64,000 nucleotides of DNA, taken from the IMG/VR virus record IMGVR_UViG_3300007735_000799, positions 32,001 to 96,000 of that record; one strand, 5' to 3'. This DNA is from a virus. Of this stretch, positions 1 to 9,767 are shown one piece after another; position 1 is the stretch's first letter, and every line of letters starts with the position of its first letter. Under the pieces are notes generated by a model. It did no database searches. It saw only the letters and a list, made by a program, of their open reading frames with translations, and was not told where the DNA came from. The translations under genes and the position numbers were made by a program.

Positions 1-493
1 CTTCTCCGTATGAAACAGCACGGAATGGAATGTTCTTGGCGATCTTGGTTGCCCACACGCACATGTGATACGGAGGACGCTTAATATCGCCTAGACTACC
101 ATCAGGATTTTGCTTAAGTCCTTCGTGAGGATTACCCATACGGAAATCAACCTTGAACTCCTTGCCGTTTACCGAGCAATGCTGTTCAAAAGTAATAACA
201 TCCGCAGGCTTGGTTCTCAAGGTTTCAATCAGGGTTGAGATGTAATCTTCGGATACAGCATCATCGTCATCCAAAAAGGCAATCCACTTGCCTCTAGCCG
301 ATTGAATCAAAGCCTGACGCTTTTCACCGATGCTCATGCTCTTGTTGTCTACAAGAGTTAGAACCTCAACACAAGTCTCGTTTCCAATCTGCTCCAACAA
401 ACGATTGTAGGTTGGAATCAAGCACTTCTCAAGACGAGAAGGAATTGAAAGAATCAGAACGCTGAGTAAGATTTCATTAGGAGGCGTTGGCAT
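1..493 (-). CDS. GT2-family glycosyltransferase, runs off the window edge (not in ORF track)
   Basis: Manual translation from ATG at 493: MPTPPNEILLSVLILSIPSRLEK...SIGEKRQALIQSARGKWIAFLDDDD, typical GT2 N-terminus and DxD motif; frame open to base 1. Confidence 0.8.
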   Translation of the reverse strand, partial: MPTPPNEILLSVLILSIPSRLEKCLIPTYNRLLEQIGNETCVEVLTLVDNKSMSIGEKRQALIQSARGKWIAFLDDDDAVSEDYISTLIETLRTKPADVITFEQHCSVNGKEFKVDFRMGNPHEGLKQNPDGSLGDIKRPPYHMCVWATKIAKNIPFRAVSYGE

Positions 494-1166
494 GTTGTGG
501 CAAACCGAAGTTTGCTGCCTTTCTTTGTTGGTATAACGCACCGTCACGGGCGTAGAGTTCGCGGTTCTCGTTACGCATGTATAGAGCATCCACACCGATC
601 TCTATCCAGAAGTGACGAATAATAACCTTGTCAATGTAAGTTGCTTTGCCTAGAATCCTGCTCACATCGGTAAACTCGTTGTCGGGGAATACGCTGATGT
701 ATTCAGGATTGTAGATATAACCAAAACGGTCAAAATACTTCTTGCCGAAAATGCAAAGAGTATTCAAACGCTCGCCTTGCTTGCCATCGTTGTAATGAAG
801 AACACCATCACCATCAGGGTAATAAGTCTGCATATCCTGCATGATGATATCGTCGTATCCCTGCATCTGAGGAATCATATCATCGGATGCAAGTAGCATT
901 ACATCGTAATCGCCTGCGTGTTCCAAATCAGCATTGATGGCTTGTATCTTGGTTTTAGAGTTGCCCCAAAATGCTTTAACTGAATCACCTTGCTTGGCAA
1001 TCCAGTTACGCATACCGGCGTTATTCATGGTGGCATCGTCAAGATCAAACGAGCATAAGAACTGAACATCGTGCTTGCCTGATGCCATATTCTTGTAGAG
1101 ATTAAACACCTCCATGAACTTGGCAGGACGAGATCTGCTTGGTAACTTAATCAGTAATTTCGCCAT
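477..1166 (-). CDS. GT-A fold glycosyltransferase-like protein
   Basis: KTKIQAINADL followed by LLASDDM (DxD-like) and a late IRHFW; adjacent to a GT2 gene. Confidence 0.65.
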   Translation of the reverse strand: MAKLLIKLPSRSRPAKFMEVFNLYKNMASGKHDVQFLCSFDLDDATMNNAGMRNWIAKQGDSVKAFWGNSKTKIQAINADLEHAGDYDVMLLASDDMIPQMQGYDDIIMQDMQTYYPDGDGVLHYNDGKQGERLNTLCIFGKKYFDRFGYIYNPEYISVFPDNEFTDVSRILGKATYIDKVIIRHFWIEIGVDALYMRNENRELYARDGALYQQRKAANFGLPQHANAS

Positions 1167-1446
1167 GTAGTTCCGCCTCTTCGTTGAATTCTTCTATGGT
1201 ACAGCGATTAACAAGAACAGGAGTTCCTTCTCCAAGATAACCACCTAAAGTATTTACTTCAAGCCACTCATAGGCATCAATCACATCCATGCCCTGCTTA
1301 ACTAGAATATCTAAACACTTCTCGTAATCGTAGACAGCCACAGGAACAATCTGTCCAAACTTGCGAAGACTTCCAAGAAAGGCTTCTTGAAATTCAGGAT
1401 AGACGATTATATCATCCTTCCGCTTCAATGGTTTCCGTGGATTCAT
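1147..1446 (-). CDS. hypothetical protein
   Basis: Fills gap between uvsX and GT; start moved to MNPRK to reduce overlap with uvsX. Confidence 0.55.
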   Translation of the reverse strand: MNPRKPLKRKDDIIVYPEFQEAFLGSLRKFGQIVPVAVYDYEKCLDILVKQGMDVIDAYEWLEVNTLGGYLGEGTPVLVNRCTIEEFNEEAELHGEITD

Positions 1447-2482
1447 TGGTTGCCTCACTTTCCGTCGTATCAGAACCATACTTGAATTCACGAGCGGCAG
1501 CAGTCTCCAAAGACTTCATCACTTCTTCGGTGAAATACTTGGTTGGATTCTTAACAATCTGACTTTCAAAAGCAGTAGTGCCGTTAGGCAGTTCAATCTT
1601 GGTGGAAACCTTCTTGAACACATTCTGCTTCAAAGCCAAATCCACAAGACCGTAGTACCGGTCAAGTCCCTTGTCAAAGGTGAGAAGAACATCCACCATC
1701 TTGTTTTCACGGGTTAGACGACCCTTGTAGAGTTTGCAATGAATGATGTTGCCTACGATCTCATCATCAACCTTGTGCTTCTTCTTGGAAAGATACACAA
1801 TGGTTGAAGCGGCATACTTGAGACCTGAACCACCACCCATTTCCTTGGTTGGCACATACGCACCCACCACATCGTAGGTATGATTAGTCATAACCATTGG
1901 AATGTTGTAAAGACCCAACTTCATGGTGAGAACTCTGAAGGTTCCCTTGACAACTTGAGCGCGGGTCATGTCTCGCACTTCCTTGCCTTCAAGGGTATCG
2001 TTGGTTTCCTTGGAGGTACTCAACATGCCTAGTGAGTCAAGAACAACAAAGAAAGGCTTACGCTTCTTCTCGTCCAACTTGCCGTAGTTGTCAATGATTT
2101 GCAGCAACTGATGGCGGAAACTCTCAACGGTAGCAACAGGGAATACTGCTACACGATTGGGATCAAGACCGCGTGACTTAATCATGTCACTTGTAACAGC
2201 CTGCTCGGAATCAAAGTAAAGAATTGCACCTTCGGGATTGTCAGCCAAGAACTGTGCTGCGATACCCAAGGCAAAGTAAGTCTTGCCTGTGGCAGACTCG
2301 CCTGCGATACCTAGAATCTTATTGTTGGCGATACCGCCGTTCAGAGAACCTGAAAGCAGAGCATTCAGAGAGTAAGAACCGGTGTTAACAAAACCAGTAA
2401 CATCACCCTCAACTCCGTCCTCTGCAAGTGAGGCGAACTCATTACCCGATGCACGAATCATACCCTTTAAAAAGTCACTCAT
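1412..2482 (-). CDS. uvsX: UvsX RecA-like recombinase
   Basis: Walker A GESATGKT, VLDSLG Walker B, GGGSGLKYAAS. Confidence 0.95.
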   Translation of the reverse strand: MSDFLKGMIRASGNEFASLAEDGVEGDVTGFVNTGSYSLNALLSGSLNGGIANNKILGIAGESATGKTYFALGIAAQFLADNPEGAILYFDSEQAVTSDMIKSRGLDPNRVAVFPVATVESFRHQLLQIIDNYGKLDEKKRKPFFVVLDSLGMLSTSKETNDTLEGKEVRDMTRAQVVKGTFRVLTMKLGLYNIPMVMTNHTYDVVGAYVPTKEMGGGSGLKYAASTIVYLSKKKHKVDDEIVGNIIHCKLYKGRLTRENKMVDVLLTFDKGLDRYYGLVDLALKQNVFKKVSTKIELPNGTTAFESQIVKNPTKYFTEEVMKSLETAAAREFKYGSDTTESEATNESTETIEAEG

Positions 2483-2502
2483 TGTGTAATCTCCATTGTA
2501 TT

Positions 2503-2531
2503 ATTATATCACTTTTTTCGCTGCCAGTCAA
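2503..2531 (-). promoter_or_regulatory. sigma70-type promoter for uvsX
   Basis: TTGACT-17 nt-TATAAT on minus strand, GGAG RBS downstream. Confidence 0.7.
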
Positions 2532-2672
2532 GTCTTTTAAGAGTTTCTCTGACTCTTTTTCGCTTCTGTTTTAATTCCTCTTCACGCTGTCGCTTATCCT
2601 TATGGCGTTCAACAGATATGTGAATCACCAAACCTATAGCGAAGCATAAAGAAGTTATTAAAATTATTCCAT

Positions 2673-5228
2673 TCATGTCCATGTAAACAATCCTTCAAGA
2701 CTACTAACTTCACGCATATGCCAACCAATCACATTTAAAATTGCATTGAGTGGTTCCTCAAATGATTTCTCAAATTGAGTATCATAATCTATGTATTTTG
2801 CTTCAAGCCCAAACTCCTTGGGAATTCCTACAGTAAAAGAAATTACTTTGTCACGAACAGGATTTGGAACACGCAGATACACATATTTAATTTTTTCACC
2901 GTCACCAATCTTTGGATATCGTTTTGAAAGATTTTTCTCACGCAACCAATGATTGTAAAGCAATGCGCCCTTAACATGTAATGGAGTAGACTTGCGATAG
3001 ATTGTTGTGTCGTCCCGATACTCCTTCAATCCGTTGCAGCCTCGCGGGAACGCAATCTCTTCCACCTTACGAGTAAAGAAATCTGTCTTAAAGGCTGCAA
3101 CATAATCTCGGAGTTCAGATTCAGTACCTTCCATGATAATTCCGATGGATTTCTTGAGAGCATCACGAACAATTTCAGGGGTACTACTCTTTGCAGTTTC
3201 AAGACCCATGATTTTAGTTTCAGGCTTACTCAACAGCACATCGTCTTCGCCCATCCAAATACTCAACATGTATCGCTTCTTGGCTGTCCAAATGCCCTTG
3301 CTAGAAATACCTTCTCGCTTCATACGCATCTTTTGAGAGTAAGCGTTCTGTTGCTCTGCAAGAGCAGCGTATTGCTTATCAATGAACGGCTGCAACACTT
3401 CGTTGCAGAACTTGTTCAAGAACTTTGTAATCTTTTGTGGATCGGTTTCTTTTGGAATCACTTGCTTCACAAGGGAACCCAATCTCAAATACACCGAATC
3501 AGTATCCGATGCAATCACATAATCTACCCCGGTTGTCTTTAGGGTTTTGTTCAAGAATTGATTCAATCCATTCTCAATCCAACGAATAGATACCTGCCCT
3601 GAAATCGTAATAGCCTCGGCAATCTCTTGATCGTAGTAACGGAAGTATTGATTGCCGCAAGCACCGAAAGCAGAGTTCAATTGAATCTTACGAACAAGTT
3701 GAAAGTTATGGAACTTGGTGATGTCAAGTTTCAGTTGGGCTTCCTGCTCAGGAGTTGGATTTACCAGTTTCTTTAAAGTGGCTTTGGCTTCCAACATTTT
3801 CTTCTTGAAGGCTTTGCGCTCTTCATACATGGTTTCCATGAGTTGCGGCAGGAAGCCCTGCGTATCCTTACGGAATGCCACACAATTACCCGCTACGCTT
3901 AGATTCTTGGCTCGCATGTTATCAAGATAATCTCTCGCGCCTGCGCCCGTGTCCGTGGGTGCGCTCGCGCCCGCGCCCGCGAGGAAATCATTTACAGAGA
4001 ACTTATTGCGAGTTCCCACATTAGTTTTGGTTTCAGGAGACAGATTGTATTGCATGATAAGATGCGGATACAGCGAGTCCAAGTCAAAACTCACCACCCA
4101 ATCGTGCGCTCCAACAATAGGATCTTTAACATACGCACCTTCAAACTTTGTTTCTTTATCCTCGGCTTCTACCTTCATGGGGATAGCAATTCGCTTCTTG
4201 GTGAGATGATGGTAGATGATGGCATCCCATGTGCGAACCTGCGAGAACACATCGTTCAAATTAACCTTGGCGGAATACGCAAGGGCTAGAGCAAGTTCCA
4301 TCAGTTTCAATTTGTTCTCAAGCATTCCCACAAGCAGGGTATCGTGGTGGTTATACTCCATGAACTTTTGAAAATCATTCTTGTAGAAGTCGGCTAGAGT
4401 TCCATCGTATTGCTTCTTGCGCTCGCCCAACTCAACCCAAACGATATGATCTAGTTTGTAGGTTTCACGGGTCACATAGGTGAACTTACGATACAGATCA
4501 AAGTAGTCTAGGGTGGCAATACCTAACAGATCATAAACCTCATTCTTCTTGTTCATCACTTCCACTTCACGAGAACGAATCTCTCGCCACGGAGAAAGAC
4601 GCATGGCTTCCTTCTCGTCAAACAGACGAGTGATGCGATTCACGATATACGGAATATCAAAGAAGTTGACATTCCATCCTGTCACGATGTCTATATCCAT
4701 TGCTTCCCATGCTGCAAGGAAGTCTCGCAACATATGCTTTTCGTCATCGTATTGAAAGCACTTGGCATCAGGAATATTAAACTCACCCAATCCAAACACC
4801 AACACCTTGTTGCCCACCTTTAAGGTAATAGCGTTTATGCGTTCGGTTGCAGTCTTGATAGACGGAAAGCCTCCCTCGCATTCCGTCTCAATATCAATAT
4901 ACGCCACCTTTAATTTGCTTGGATCGTATTCCACTTCGTTCGGGAACGCCTCACCGATATACTGATACAACCATTCGGTGTTTCCAAATAGTTCAAAGCC
5001 AACCACTCCCTTGTACTCATTGATGAACTCTTTAGCATCACGAATGGAACCAGGCTTGAATGGTTCAACATACTTGCCTTCAAGAGTCTTCCATTCGGTC
5101 TTCTTTCCCTTGGCAGGAACAAACAGAGTGGGCATAAACGGAACCTTTTCGGCTATTCGCTTTCCGTTCTCGTATCCACGATACAGAATGTTAGAACCTC
5201 TAACAGCAACATGTGTGTAGAATTTCAC
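2673..5228 (-). CDS. gp43: family B DNA polymerase (T4 gp43-like)
   Basis: ExoI DIETE, motif A SFDLDSLYP, motif B KIQLNSAFG, motif C SDTDS, KKRY, C-terminal clamp-binding LEGLF. Confidence 0.97.
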   Translation of the reverse strand: MKFYTHVAVRGSNILYRGYENGKRIAEKVPFMPTLFVPAKGKKTEWKTLEGKYVEPFKPGSIRDAKEFINEYKGVVGFELFGNTEWLYQYIGEAFPNEVEYDPSKLKVAYIDIETECEGGFPSIKTATERINAITLKVGNKVLVFGLGEFNIPDAKCFQYDDEKHMLRDFLAAWEAMDIDIVTGWNVNFFDIPYIVNRITRLFDEKEAMRLSPWREIRSREVEVMNKKNEVYDLLGIATLDYFDLYRKFTYVTRETYKLDHIVWVELGERKKQYDGTLADFYKNDFQKFMEYNHHDTLLVGMLENKLKLMELALALAYSAKVNLNDVFSQVRTWDAIIYHHLTKKRIAIPMKVEAEDKETKFEGAYVKDPIVGAHDWVVSFDLDSLYPHLIMQYNLSPETKTNVGTRNKFSVNDFLAGAGASAPTDTGAGARDYLDNMRAKNLSVAGNCVAFRKDTQGFLPQLMETMYEERKAFKKKMLEAKATLKKLVNPTPEQEAQLKLDITKFHNFQLVRKIQLNSAFGACGNQYFRYYDQEIAEAITISGQVSIRWIENGLNQFLNKTLKTTGVDYVIASDTDSVYLRLGSLVKQVIPKETDPQKITKFLNKFCNEVLQPFIDKQYAALAEQQNAYSQKMRMKREGISSKGIWTAKKRYMLSIWMGEDDVLLSKPETKIMGLETAKSSTPEIVRDALKKSIGIIMEGTESELRDYVAAFKTDFFTRKVEEIAFPRGCNGLKEYRDDTTIYRKSTPLHVKGALLYNHWLREKNLSKRYPKIGDGEKIKYVYLRVPNPVRDKVISFTVGIPKEFGLEAKYIDYDTQFEKSFEEPLNAILNVIGWHMREVSSLEGLFTWT

Positions 5229-5497
5229 TTGCCCTCTCGGTCAACCATAGCCACCCAATCCTGATGGATAAGATTGTTTCTGCCGTATCCTTGACCACGA
5301 ATCTTGGAGATATCCCACAGTACCTTGTCGCCAATCTTGACATCCTCGGTGAGTTTATCACCAACAGAAATTACCGTGCTCCAAACAAGTTGAGAGTTAA
5401 TCTTCTCGGTGTAGATAATACCTTCGGTAGTTTTCTTCTCGCCACCACCAACAGTTTGCACTTCAATCCACTTGCCAATCGGTCTCAGTTTAGTCAT
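5225..5497 (-). CDS. GroES/Cpn10-like co-chaperonin
   Basis: KLRPIGKWIEV...KTTEGII...VISVG...VKIGDKVL pattern, 90 aa. Confidence 0.75.
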   Translation of the reverse strand: MTKLRPIGKWIEVQTVGGGEKKTTEGIIYTEKINSQLVWSTVISVGDKLTEDVKIGDKVLWDISKIRGQGYGRNNLIHQDWVAMVDREGK

Positions 5498-6441
5498 GCT
5501 AAAAATCCTTGTAATGAGTTTGCTACTTCTTCACGAATTCGGTCTTCTGCAATCTTAACATACTCAGGGTTCAGTTCAGTTCCCACATAGTTTCTGCCGT
5601 TGCTCAAAGCCACCACAGCGGTTGTGCCGCTGCCAGTAAACGGATCAAGCACCGTGCCGCCAACAGGAGAACCTGCAAGCACACACGGAGTAATCAGTTC
5701 TTTAGGATACACCGCAAAGTGTGCGCCTTTGTATCCCTTGGTGTTAACCGTCCACACAGATCGCTTGTTCTTCTTGCCGTCGCCACCCCATACTCGCTCA
5801 GGTTCAAGAGCAGGATCTCTTGCTCCCTTGTCTTCAGGCTGAGTTCGGTTCTTGTTGCCTGGTGCGTGAGGAGAACTAACCGCTGCTTCCTTGATTGCTT
5901 CATGGTCATAGAAGTAGTGAGACTTCTTGGAAAACATAAAGATGTATTCGTGAGCACGAGTGCAACGGTCGGTTACGCTTTCAGGCATAGGATTCGGCTT
6001 GTGCCAAATTAGGTCTTGACGCAACCACCATCCGTCTGCTTGCAGAGCAAATGCTACACGCCACGGAATACCAATCAGATCTTTAGTCTTGAGACCCTTT
6101 TGATCTTTTCTGTTACCTGGCACAAAGTCTGACGGCATGCCTCGTTGACCACCGATAGTTTGTGGTGGAGGAGCACAGTTCTTTGCTGCCATGTAAGAAT
6201 CACCAAGATTCAACCATAGCGTTCCATCGTCACGCAAAACTCTACGAACTTCGCGGAACACTTCCACCATCTTCTGCACATACTCGTCTACAGTTTCTTC
6301 TTGACCAATTTCCGCATCGCCACCTTCATAGGAACGCAAACCAAAATACGGCGGGGAAGTTACACAGGTATGCACAGACCCTTCAGGCAGAGTCTTCATA
6401 CCTTCAATGCAATCACCTGTTATGATTTGATGTGTGTTCAC
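5494..6441 (-). CDS. N4-cytosine/N6-adenine DNA methyltransferase (beta class)
   Basis: Catalytic TSPPY before SAM-binding VLDPFTGSGTT; SPPY suggests m4C. Confidence 0.92.
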   Translation of the reverse strand: MNTHQIITGDCIEGMKTLPEGSVHTCVTSPPYFGLRSYEGGDAEIGQEETVDEYVQKMVEVFREVRRVLRDDGTLWLNLGDSYMAAKNCAPPPQTIGGQRGMPSDFVPGNRKDQKGLKTKDLIGIPWRVAFALQADGWWLRQDLIWHKPNPMPESVTDRCTRAHEYIFMFSKKSHYFYDHEAIKEAAVSSPHAPGNKNRTQPEDKGARDPALEPERVWGGDGKKNKRSVWTVNTKGYKGAHFAVYPKELITPCVLAGSPVGGTVLDPFTGSGTTAVVALSNGRNYVGTELNPEYVKIAEDRIREEVANSLQGFLA

Positions 6442-6839
6442 ACAATATCTCCATACTTGGTTCCGCGCACAAAGAACTGTTCTTCATGCCACTCAAACCC
6501 AAAGCACTCTCTAGCATACTCTATAATAATACCCTTGTCAAACTTATTGCAAGAGTAAACATCAAGTGTAATGAACCGCTTTGGCTCCATTGAGTGAATC
6601 TGAATTCCGCTCTCAATGAGTGGAACCCAACCGCTTACTCCTGCCTTGTCAGGGTACAGTTCCGTGCCGTTGTTTGTTGGAGCATGTATCACGAACGGTT
6701 GGCTCATGCGGGTCATGCCGATCTTGTCTACAACCCGCTCAAGAAAGCGGTAGTGGAGTTCCAAGTCATCGGCTGCACCGATGCGGCAGTTATACATGTC
6801 CAAATAGTAAGAGTATCCGAATGGTTTAATCTCGCTCAT
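6438..6839 (-). CDS. speD: S-adenosylmethionine decarboxylase proenzyme-like
   Basis: GVSGWVPLIES-GIQIH...LDVYSC, matches pyruvoyl E|S self-cleavage region (ESG in place of usual ESH). Confidence 0.75.
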   Translation of the reverse strand: MSEIKPFGYSYYLDMYNCRIGAADDLELHYRFLERVVDKIGMTRMSQPFVIHAPTNNGTELYPDKAGVSGWVPLIESGIQIHSMEPKRFITLDVYSCNKFDKGIIIEYARECFGFEWHEEQFFVRGTKYGDIV

Positions 6840-7774
6840 TATTTACCTCGTTGCTTTGGATACGGCTTTGGAGGATTTCTATCCTCAAACTCTCGCCGCA
6901 GTTTCTTGGTTTCTGCTTTAGTTCTGCCCAATACAAACGCATACTTGTGCTTGCTTGGCATTTGAATTTTAGTAGCCTGTTGCTGCTTTAGTTTAGACTG
7001 CTCACGCAACTGCTTCTCAACTTCCGCAGGCATGTTTTCCCACAACACCTTTTGGTCGTTGTTCCAATCCCGCTCCCACTTGATTCCCAACTCTTTGGCG
7101 TACTTCTTGTACGCACTACGCACACGAAAGAAACGGTCGCTTACAACTCTGCCTGTGTACGGATTGATGTATCGTGTTGTGGTTCCTGAATCTTGTCCCA
7201 AGTAATAGAAGTTACAAGCCTGATAGATGGTTCCCAACTCTTTAGCGGTTGGATCAGAGTACGCGGTAAACAAGCGGTACTGTGTGTTTTTCACCATCCA
7301 ACCAATAGACCACATAAGAAATGAACTTGCAAGATTCTTTGGACTCCACGACACGCAAGCCCCGCGACTAACCAAGCGTTCAATCTCTTTGGTGTTTTCG
7401 CCAAGAAGTTTAGAGAAAGCATTCGGCAGATTCATAAGAATTACCCCTGCCATGATATCTCGTCCAATCAATCCTTGTTCAGGATCGTGATAGTACGCAC
7501 CAAACCAATGTGTGGTGTACTGCGACAGATTACCTAGCCATTCGTGTCGCTTGATAAACTCGGTGGCTTCTCGCTTCTCGGCTTCGCTTGTAAGCGGCTT
7601 GAAAATGAAATCAGAAACTCGCAGTTCTCCTGCGCGTTCTTTAGACATAAGTGCTTCTTCCAAATCTTTTTCGTAATTGTTTAGCCGTATATCATACTGC
7701 CAACAATGTTCCTTATCGTAAGACTTGGAGCGTTCAACAATGTCTATATGTTCACTTTTGCTTTTAGAGTTCAC
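6839..7774 (-). CDS. Mom-like GNAT-fold DNA adenine-modification protein
   Basis: FIKRHEWLG...SRGACVSWSPKNLASSFL...YSDPTAKELGTIYQACNFYYLG resembles the Mom family YxD..GxIYQAxNxxYxG motif. Confidence 0.72.
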   Translation of the reverse strand: MNSKSKSEHIDIVERSKSYDKEHCWQYDIRLNNYEKDLEEALMSKERAGELRVSDFIFKPLTSEAEKREATEFIKRHEWLGNLSQYTTHWFGAYYHDPEQGLIGRDIMAGVILMNLPNAFSKLLGENTKEIERLVSRGACVSWSPKNLASSFLMWSIGWMVKNTQYRLFTAYSDPTAKELGTIYQACNFYYLGQDSGTTTRYINPYTGRVVSDRFFRVRSAYKKYAKELGIKWERDWNNDQKVLWENMPAEVEKQLREQSKLKQQQATKIQMPSKHKYAFVLGRTKAETKKLRREFEDRNPPKPYPKQRGK

Positions 7775-7858
7775 ACTTCACCTTAATAATTACCAACAAC
7801 ATTGCTGTTATTTACAACAGCACTACAGGATTCTACTTGGAGAATGGCATCAAGAAAC

Positions 7859-8344
7859 TTACGAGTTTCTTGTGGTATCTTTCCACGGAGAAGAGATGTA
7901 GTAAGTCTTGAGTGGTCTTGTTGGCTCTTCGTTTTTCTTGATTGGAGATTTACAGCATCCATTACCGTTGGTGCTAACAACATCAGAAGGATTGACACCA
8001 GGAACAAATAGAGGACCAGACTGCGTAGATGCTTTCTTGTCATGCAGATAAGCATACATCAAAACTGAGTAGTTGACAATATCAATTATGGTATCTTCGA
8101 AAGATTCATTTTCTACAGCCAATTTTCCAGATTCAACAAAAGATGAAAGACGACTCATCTTATCAGTCATGCGAACCAAGAATCCTTGCTCGGTGGTGCA
8201 AATGCCCATCGCTTCTACTCTTGTGAAATTTGCAAAAGGCTCTAACCCATCGTTGCCTGCGTAATCGGCATTCTTCTTACGCATCAGATTGCGACCCTTT
8301 TCACAAATCATTTCATGCATTTTTAATAAATCTTCGCGTGTCAT
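7859..8344 (-). CDS. DUF1599 / nucleotide modification associated domain 1-like protein
   Basis: KKNADYA...RMTDKMSRL...ESFEDTIIDIVNYS helical pattern; start set at MTREDLL, 2 nt after dut stop. Confidence 0.75.
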   Translation of the reverse strand: MTREDLLKMHEMICEKGRNLMRKKNADYAGNDGLEPFANFTRVEAMGICTTEQGFLVRMTDKMSRLSSFVESGKLAVENESFEDTIIDIVNYSVLMYAYLHDKKASTQSGPLFVPGVNPSDVVSTNGNGCCKSPIKKNEEPTRPLKTYYISSPWKDTTRNS

Positions 8345-8345
8345 T

Positions 8346-8882
8346 TTAAGAAACTCCAGTAGAGCCGAATCCACCTGCTCGGCTAGTCTTGGGCTGAACT
8401 CGCTCATCGGTGGGTTGGAGCGAGTATTTCAAAACAGGAATCATTTCCCCTTGACAAATTCGGTCGCCGTGGGTAATACGAACAGGAAGGTTAGACAAAT
8501 TTGTAACTGCAACCATTAATTGATCCGTATAATCCGAATCAATAACGCCTTCCGAATTGGCTAGAACTATTCCTCCCTTTACAGCCAATCCGCTGCGAGC
8601 GTGAAGGCGCACAGAATATCCCTCGGGAATGTCTAAAACAATTCCAGTAGGAATAAGAACACGAACTCCATCAGGAGGAATTATTAAAAATGGTGGGGCA
8701 TCTGAACGCTCAAATGCGGCTAGCAATCTATGATGAGAATTGTTCTTATCGTAAGCGTCTATAATTCTTGTTTTGTTGCCAAAATAGGCTTTAACATCAA
8801 AGCAAGCAGATTGCTCGGTTGCAAACGATAGGTCAAAAGAATCCAACCATAACTTGTTGTATTTTAGAGTCAAATTGTTCAT
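8346..8882 (-). CDS. dut: trimeric dUTPase
   Basis: ACFDV, ARSGLA, GVIDSDY, GDRICQ, RAGGFGSTG (motifs 1-5). Confidence 0.95.
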   Translation of the reverse strand: MNNLTLKYNKLWLDSFDLSFATEQSACFDVKAYFGNKTRIIDAYDKNNSHHRLLAAFERSDAPPFLIIPPDGVRVLIPTGIVLDIPEGYSVRLHARSGLAVKGGIVLANSEGVIDSDYTDQLMVAVTNLSNLPVRITHGDRICQGEMIPVLKYSLQPTDERVQPKTSRAGGFGSTGVS

Positions 8883-8911
8883 AATATAAAAAGTACAAAA
8901 GTATTTATCCG

Positions 8912-9346
8912 TTACCCTTCGGAATCAGGATCATAAGTTTCATAATTTGTTCGTTTTCTTCCGATATTGTATTTTGGAATTAGTTCCCAAGACTTCTTCT
9001 CACCAAACGGCAATATTTTTAAATATGAGATTGGGACTATAGGATCTTTGCTCTTTGACGGATCACACAATTTTAGTAGACCCCATTCTGCTAGAAGATT
9101 GCATATAGTGTTTCTTCTAGCCTTATCCGCATCGGGAAAGTCTGTGGGCAATCCGTCCAACATGAATAGTTCTTTAAAATGAACGACATAATACTTACCC
9201 TTCTTATGCAGAATGTGGCAAGATTGGTACAGTTTTTTCTCGGTTTTTGAGGATATTCCAATCCTCGTTAAAGTTTCTTTTATTTTAAGAAAGTTTTCTG
9301 GATTGGGTAGTTCAACTTCAATAAAAGAATCAATCAAAATACTCAT
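8912..9346 (-). CDS. regA: RegA translational repressor
   Basis: FLKIKETLTRIGI...LYQSCHILHKKGKYYVVHFKELF. Confidence 0.95.
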   Translation of the reverse strand: MSILIDSFIEVELPNPENFLKIKETLTRIGISSKTEKKLYQSCHILHKKGKYYVVHFKELFMLDGLPTDFPDADKARRNTICNLLAEWGLLKLCDPSKSKDPIVPISYLKILPFGEKKSWELIPKYNIGRKRTNYETYDPDSEG

Positions 9347-9383
9347 AACAATACTCCTTATTTACCAAAGTATTTAGATTTTT

Positions 9384-9767
9384 TTATTTATTGCTACCGC
9401 CAATATAAGTCATTTTTTTCAAATGAGTTATATCTTCTTCAGTCAATAGGGTTAGATACTCTTTAGCCCTAACTCTACTAACTTTATAATAATTCATAAC
9501 CATCTCTTCCGATTCGTTTTCCTCAATCTTGTGCCACTTAGAAAATCTGTGTTTCTTTTTGACGCAATTATAAAGATAATCGTATTGCATCTTTTTTGAT
9601 AGATGGTGAGACTGATTCATGGTGTTTGCACACAGCACCGTGTCTGCAAAATTAGAAAAAGAACGATTAACAATAAACGGATTATATTGCTTTTCCGTAT
9701 CTTCGTTACCGTCTATCAGATTACCAGTTTTATCGTTTATACTCTTTACAAAATCAAAAGGATTCAC
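9384..9767 (-). CDS. gp62: clamp loader small subunit
   Basis: PFDFVKSIN...YNPFIVNRSFS...QYDYL...KRFSKW-like pattern; position upstream of regA. Confidence 0.9.
   Translation of the reverse strand: MNPFDFVKSINDKTGNLIDGNEDTEKQYNPFIVNRSFSNFADTVLCANTMNQSHHLSKKMQYDYLYNCVKKKHRFSKWHKIEENESEEMVMNYYKVSRVRAKEYLTLLTEEDITHLKKMTYIGGSNK

Noticed and set aside
2673-5228. Intein or intron in gp43
   Set aside because: 851 aa continuous ORF of normal size with no splice motifs
7783-8055. 90-aa ORF overlapping the Nmad1-like gene
   Set aside because: Alternate frame on same strand, no RBS or motifs
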